A stretch of DNA of 28,191 nt, taken from positions 1 to 28,191 of the forward strand of contig NW_021834084.1 in the NCBI RefSeq assembly GCF_006345805.1, read 5' to 3'. Shown piece after piece: positions 23,989 through 28,191 of this stretch. Made by a program: the position numbers and the translations under genes. Positions within the stretch are counted from its first letter, which is position 1, and the number at the start of each line of letters is the position of its first letter. Source of the DNA: Octopus sinensis. Taxonomy: Eukaryota. The notes under the pieces were generated by a model. That model worked only from the letters and a program-made list of their open reading frames with translations. It had not been told where the DNA came from and did no database searches.

Positions 23989-24205
23989 GCAAAGTCAACT
24001 TCGGCAGAATTTGAACTCAGAACAACGACAAGAATAATAATAATAAGCCTTTCTACTATAGGCAAAAGGCCTAAAATTTGTGGGGAGGGGACTAGTTGAT
24101 TACATCGACCCCAGTGTTTAGCTGGTACTTATTTTATCGACACAGAAAGAATGGAGGGCAAAGTCGGCTTGGGAGCGAAATTTGAATAAGTAAAAGTCAA
24201 CTCAC

Positions 24206-24284
24206 CACACTGGTTCCACTTCAAACCGGCGGAGCAGAAATTGGCCAATATGGCAGCGACGATAAGACCACAACGGAACAACAT
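24206..24284 (-). CDS. GM2-activator-like (ML/MD-2-related lipid-recognition domain) gene, coding exon 1
   Basis: ATG at 24284 (A at -3) encodes MLFRCGLIVAAILANFCSAGLKWNQC+G, a hydrophobic signal peptide followed by the WxxC start of the ML domain. It ends at a G|GTGAGT donor in phase 1. Confidence 0.85.
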
Positions 24285-24399
24285 TATAGTAATAATGGCA
24301 ATGAAGAACTGGGATCAACTAAAGCAGCGTATGGGGTTTTCTCGTCGATTTTCCAGAAGGTAACTAGCTTTTATTATTAACGTGCGCAACAGTAATATA

Positions 24400-24482
24400 C
24401 ACGTGCGTAAACGGAGAAACAGACTGATGTATATAAGTCATCAGCGGCAGCAAAGGAACAACACGTGACCTCAATTTATATA
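24400..24482 (-). promoter_or_regulatory. Candidate promoter: TATATAAA plus two E-boxes (one CLEAR-like GTCACGTG)
   Basis: TATATAAA at 24482-24475, GGTCACGTGT at 24470-24461 and CACGTG at 24400-24405, all 115-200 nt upstream of the ATG. Confidence 0.45.
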
Positions 24483-24559
24483 TTGTTGAGCAATAAATTA
24501 TCTTTATCTTTGATAGAACATGAAAAAGATTTTGAGGAGGACGTAGAGAAGACGCAAAA

Positions 24560-24860
24560 AACTTGAGGAGTAGAAGAAGGGACGAAGGAAATGAAAGGAG
24601 GAGCGGGGAGGAAGAGAAGATCGAATAGAAGGAGAAAAAGGAATAGACGAAGAAGAAGAAGCGAGGGGAAGAAGAAGAAGAAGAAGAAGAAAGAAGCGAG
24701 GGGAAGAAGAAGAAAAGAAGCGAGGGGAAGAAGAAGAAGAAAAGAAGCGAGGGGAAGAAGAAGAAGAAAAGAAGCGAGGGGAAGAAGAAGAAGAAGCGAG
24801 GGGAAGAAGAAGAAGAAGAAGAAGAAGAAGAAGAAGAAGCGAGGGGGAAGAGGAGAGGAG
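24560..24860. repeat. Purine-rich (GAA)n tract with a ~27-30-bp GAAGCGAGGG(GAA)n higher-order unit
   Basis: GCGAGGGG recurs 7 times between 24661 and 24847. Confidence 0.9.
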
Positions 24861-25166
24861 GTCGTAAGGAACATGATACAGGTGTAGATATTATACTGCT
24901 TGGCCAGTTGGGATGTGGGAGATTGTACACATGGTGTCACGATCTTGGTGATACGATGATCGTATGATACGATAAGATAAGTTACGGTATAATATGGTGT
25001 GATGTGATATGATGTTGATGTAGCGATGTTCATTCCAGTGTAAATAATGACAAAACAGACTGTATTAATTACTTTATAATAATTTGGAGCAGAAATAAAA
25101 AAAAAACTGTCTGATAGATTTCTTTAAAAATAAAAAAAAAACGGAGAAAAAATACATTCATGTTGT

Positions 25167-25533
25167 CATGGTTGTGTGGTTAAGATGTTCGCTTTGCAAT
25201 CACGTTGTTTCGGGTTCGGTCCCGCTGTGCGACACCTTTGGCAAGTGTCTTCCACTATAGATAGACCCAGGCTGATCAATACCTTTGCGAGTAAATTTGG
25301 TAGACGGAAACTGTGTGAAAGCCCATCGTGTGTCGTGTGGCTGCGTGGTAAGAAGCTTGCTTCCCAACCACATGGTTCCGAGTTCATTCCCAGTGCGGTG
25401 CGCCTTAGGCAAGTGTCTTCAACTGTAGCCTCAGGCTGACCACGGCCTTCTGAGTGTCTTCTACTATAGCCTTGGACCAACCAAAGACTTATTCGTGGAT
25501 TTGGTAGACGGAAACTGAGAGAAGCCCGTCGTG
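25167..25533 (+). mobile_element. Two adjacent 5' halves of SINE family B
   Basis: Two heads (about 25167 and 25336), each followed by a TTTGGTAGACGGAAACTG segment. The region ends in (TA)n. Confidence 0.7.
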
Positions 25534-25611
25534 TATATATATATATATATATATCTATATATAATATATATATATATATATTATATACTAAGCAATAAGG
25601 GTTTAGCAACG

Positions 25612-26115
25612 AATTGCCTTACCACATACCGAATTTAGAAATAGCAGTCAAGGGTTATAGCTATTTCTTCTACTAAAAAGGGAGATCTCAGTAAAAACAG
25701 CAATTGGAAGGCTGACACAAACAGGTAAGAGAGAATGAATTAACTGCAATCTATCAAACATTTTTAAAGTTATCTACGGACGTACGTTTCGAAATCAAGT
25801 TTTTAGAAAGCATAAGAATTAAATATTAAATATTAAATAATTCTATCTTACCGAAACTTCTTTTCTCTTCAGCGTAGAATACTATAATCATAAATGATTA
25901 TATATTGAATTTTGAGATACTAGGAGGCACCAACTCAACTCAGTATCAGAGCGAGCTAGAATCCGCAACTAGTATCACCGAATTCAAATTTGTGAATGAA
26001 ACGATTGTGTCAATTCAGTCTGCTATAATGAATTGAATCCATAAACACATATAAAGCATCCAAGGGTATACGTTGCCCTCTGAAGATATGGTCACGTCAT
26101 ATTAATTTAATAATT
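25612..26115 (-). mobile_element. Non-coding hammerhead-bearing element (Penelope-like terminal repeat or retrozyme-like) apparently inserted in 5S box A
   Basis: Bounded by GTTTAGCAACG|AATT on the left and AATT|ACGTCGAGCC on the right. Contains the hammerhead and a 9-bp hairpin (25637-25668). Confidence 0.55.
25773..25878 (-). ncRNA. Type-I hammerhead ribozyme (minimal helix III, Penelope/retrozyme type)
   Basis: The minus strand reads TCTACG-CTGAAGA-GAAA(AG)AAGTTT...AAACTT(GA)TTTC-GAAA-CGTACG-TC^CGTAGA. It has a 6-bp helix I, an intact CUGANGA/GAAA core, an extended helix II, a palindromic ACGUACGU helix III and a GUC cleavage site between 25779 and 25778. Confidence 0.85.
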
Positions 26116-26176
26116 ACGTCGAGCCTAGTTAGTACTTAGATGGGTAACCGCTTGGGAAACCTAGGTGCTGTAAGCA
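26116..26176 (+). pseudogene. 5S rRNA fragment (3' half)
   Basis: ACGTCGAGCCTAGTTAGTACTTAGATGGGTAACCGCTTGGGAAACCTAGGTGCTGTAAGC matches the 3' ~60 nt of metazoan 5S rRNA (loop E GTTAGTA, box C). CCTAG/CTAGG pairing is retained and a T5 run follows at 26184-26188. The 5' half is absent. Confidence 0.85.
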
Positions 26177-26188
26177 CCACACATTTTT

Positions 26189-26291
26189 AGGCGCAGGAGT
26201 GGCTGTGTGGTAAGTAGCTTACTTACACACAACATGGTTCCGGGTTCAGTCCCGGAAGTGTCTTCTACCATAGCCTCGGGTCGACCAAAGC
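26189..26291 (+). mobile_element. SINE family B head, internally deleted
   Basis: AGGCGCAGGAGTGGCTGTGTGGTAAG lies directly after the T-run that follows the 5S fragment. Confidence 0.75.
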
Positions 26292-26320
26292 TAACTTTCT
26301 TCCCCCAAAATTTCAGGCTT

Positions 26321-26627
26321 TGTGGTTAGAGTATTCGACTCACTATCGTAAGGTTGCGAGTTCAATTTCCGGCGGCACGTTGTGTCCTTGAGCAGAACAT
26401 TTTATTTCTCGTTATTCCAGTCCATTCAGCTGTCAAAAATGGGTAGTACTTGTACTTCAAAAGTCCAGGCTTGTCACATTCTTTATGATGCTAACTCCTC
26501 TGAGAACTACGATGAGGGCACGCGTGTTCGTAGAGTGCTCAGTCACTTGCACGTTAATTTCCCGTGCACACTGTTCTCTTGATCGGATCAACTGGAACCT
26601 TCGTCATTGTAACGGACGGAGTGCCAT
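26321..26627 (+). mobile_element. Diverged SINE with a CORE-like centre, sharing the family A 3' half
   Basis: tRNA-like head, a GTGTCCTTGAGCA CORE-like segment, then a tail alignable to family A (CTTGTCACA...GATCGGATCAACTGGAACC...GACGGAGTGC). Confidence 0.7.
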
Positions 26628-26652
26628 AGAATAACTACGATTCCCCGTATTT

Positions 26653-27422
26653 AGGCGGCGACCCGGTAGAAACGTTAGCACGCCGGGCGAAATGCTTAGC
26701 GGTATTTCGTCTGCCGTTACGTTCTGAGTTCAATTCCGCCATGGTCGACTTTGCCTTTCATCCTTTTGGGGTCGATAAATTAAGTACCAGTTACGCACTA
26801 GGATCGATGTAATCGACTTAATCCGTTTGTCTGTCCTTGTTTGTCCTCTCTGTGTTTAGCCCCTTGTGGGTTAAAGAAATAGGTATTTCGTCTGCCGTTA
26901 CGTTCTGAGTTCAAATTTCGCCGAGGTCAACTTTGCCTTTCATCCTTTCGGGGTCGATTAAATTATGCACTGGGGTCGATATAATTGACTTAATCCGTTT
27001 GTCTGTCCTTGTTTATCCCCTGTGTGTAGCCCCGTGTGGGCAATAAAGAAATAGGTATTTCGTCTGCCGTTACGTTCTGAGTTCAAATTCCGCCGAGGTC
27101 GACTTTGCCTTTCATCCTTTCGGGGTCGATAAATAAAGTACCAGTTATGCACTGGGGTCGATGTAATAGACTTAATCCGTTTGTCTGTCCTTGTTTGTCC
27201 CCTCTGTGTGTAGCCCCGTGTGGGCAATAAAGAAATAGGTATTTCGTCTGCCGTTACGTTCTGAGTTCAAATTCCGCCGAGGTTGACTTTGCCTTTCATC
27301 CTTTCGGGGTAGATAAATAAAGTACCAGTTACGCACTGGAGGGCGATCTAATCGACTTAATCCGTTTGTCTGTCCTTGTTTGTTCCCTCTGTGTTTTGCC
27401 CCTTGTGGGTAGTAAAGGAATA
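26653..27422 (+). mobile_element. SINE family C tetramer
   Basis: One head, with unit starts GGTATTTCG at 26701, 26882, 27054 and 27238. Confidence 0.9.
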
Positions 27423-27574
27423 CATATTTATGTGCAATAATTTCACAGGTGTTCTTTCCGTCCCAATTATACAATGGTGGTATGATGTAGTAAGATACGT
27501 GATAAGGTGTGGTGTTATGTGATATGATAGTGATTTGAAAGTGACGTTCATTCCGCAGTTGATAGTGTAAATAT

Positions 27575-27964
27575 GGAGGCGCAATGGCCCAGTGGTTAGG
27601 GCAGCGGACTCGCAGTCGTGGGATCGCGGTTTCGATTCCCAGACCGGGCGTTGTGAGTGTTTATTGAGCGAAAACACCTAAAAGCTCCACGAGGCTCCGG
27701 CAGGGGATGGTGGTGATCCCTGCTGTACTCTTTCACCACAACTTTCTCTCACTCTTACTTCCTGTTTCTGTTGTACCTGTATTTCAAGGGGCCGGCCTTG
27801 TCACTCTCTGTGTCACGCTGAATATCCCCGAGAACTACGTTAAGGGTACACGTGTCTGTGGAGTGCTCAGCCACTTACACGTTAATTTCACGAGCAGGCT
27901 GTTCCGTTGATCGGATCAACCGGAACCCTCGTCGTCGTAACCGACGGAGTGCTTCCAAAAAAAA
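27575..27964 (+). mobile_element. SINE family A, full length
   Basis: TSD AGTGTAAATAT (27564-74 and 27965-75) and an A-tail. Confidence 0.9.
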
Positions 27965-28191
27965 AGTGTAAATATTGATTTCAAATTTTGGCACAGGACC
28001 AGCAATTTCGGAGGAAGGGATAAATCGATTACATCAATTTCAGTGCTCAACTGATACTTATTTTATCGACCCCGAAAGGATAAAAAGTAAAGTCGACCTC
28101 GGCAGCATTTGATCTCAGAACGTAAAGATGGAAGAAATGCTGCGAAACATTTTTCCCCCAGCGTGCTAACGAGTCTGCCATCTTGCCGCCT

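Noticed and set aside
24364-25033. ORFs of 98-188 aa upstream of the gene
   Set aside because: They are translations of the (GAA)n tract.
26116-26176. Functional 5S rRNA gene
   Set aside because: The first ~57 nt are not contiguous and box A is disrupted.
27575-27650. tRNA genes at SINE heads
   Set aside because: A and B boxes are present, but the cloverleaf is imperfect and each head continues into a SINE body with TSDs.

Overview
This is AT-rich, microsatellite-dense eukaryotic DNA. The SINE families look like those of octopus/cephalopods, although this comes from recognition rather than a search. One complete four-exon protein-coding gene lies on the minus strand (24284-10202). It encodes a 188-aa secreted or lysosomal ML-domain protein resembling GM2 ganglioside activator, and the ORF track misses it as a whole. 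The rest is a mosaic of tRNA-derived SINEs (three main families, one forming concatemers), LINE 3' fragments (RTE, CR1-like and an RLE-type R4/Dong-like element) and two MITEs. It also holds a decayed mariner whose transposase C-terminus has been amplified into a 12 x 107-bp tandem array, and a SINE-mediated 1.33-kb tandem duplication. The most unusual object is a ~504-bp non-coding insert (25612-26115) carrying a complete type-I hammerhead ribozyme. It appears to sit inside box A of a 5S rRNA sequence with an ACG duplication, which suggests a 5S-targeting or 5S-carrying Penelope-like or retrozyme-like element.
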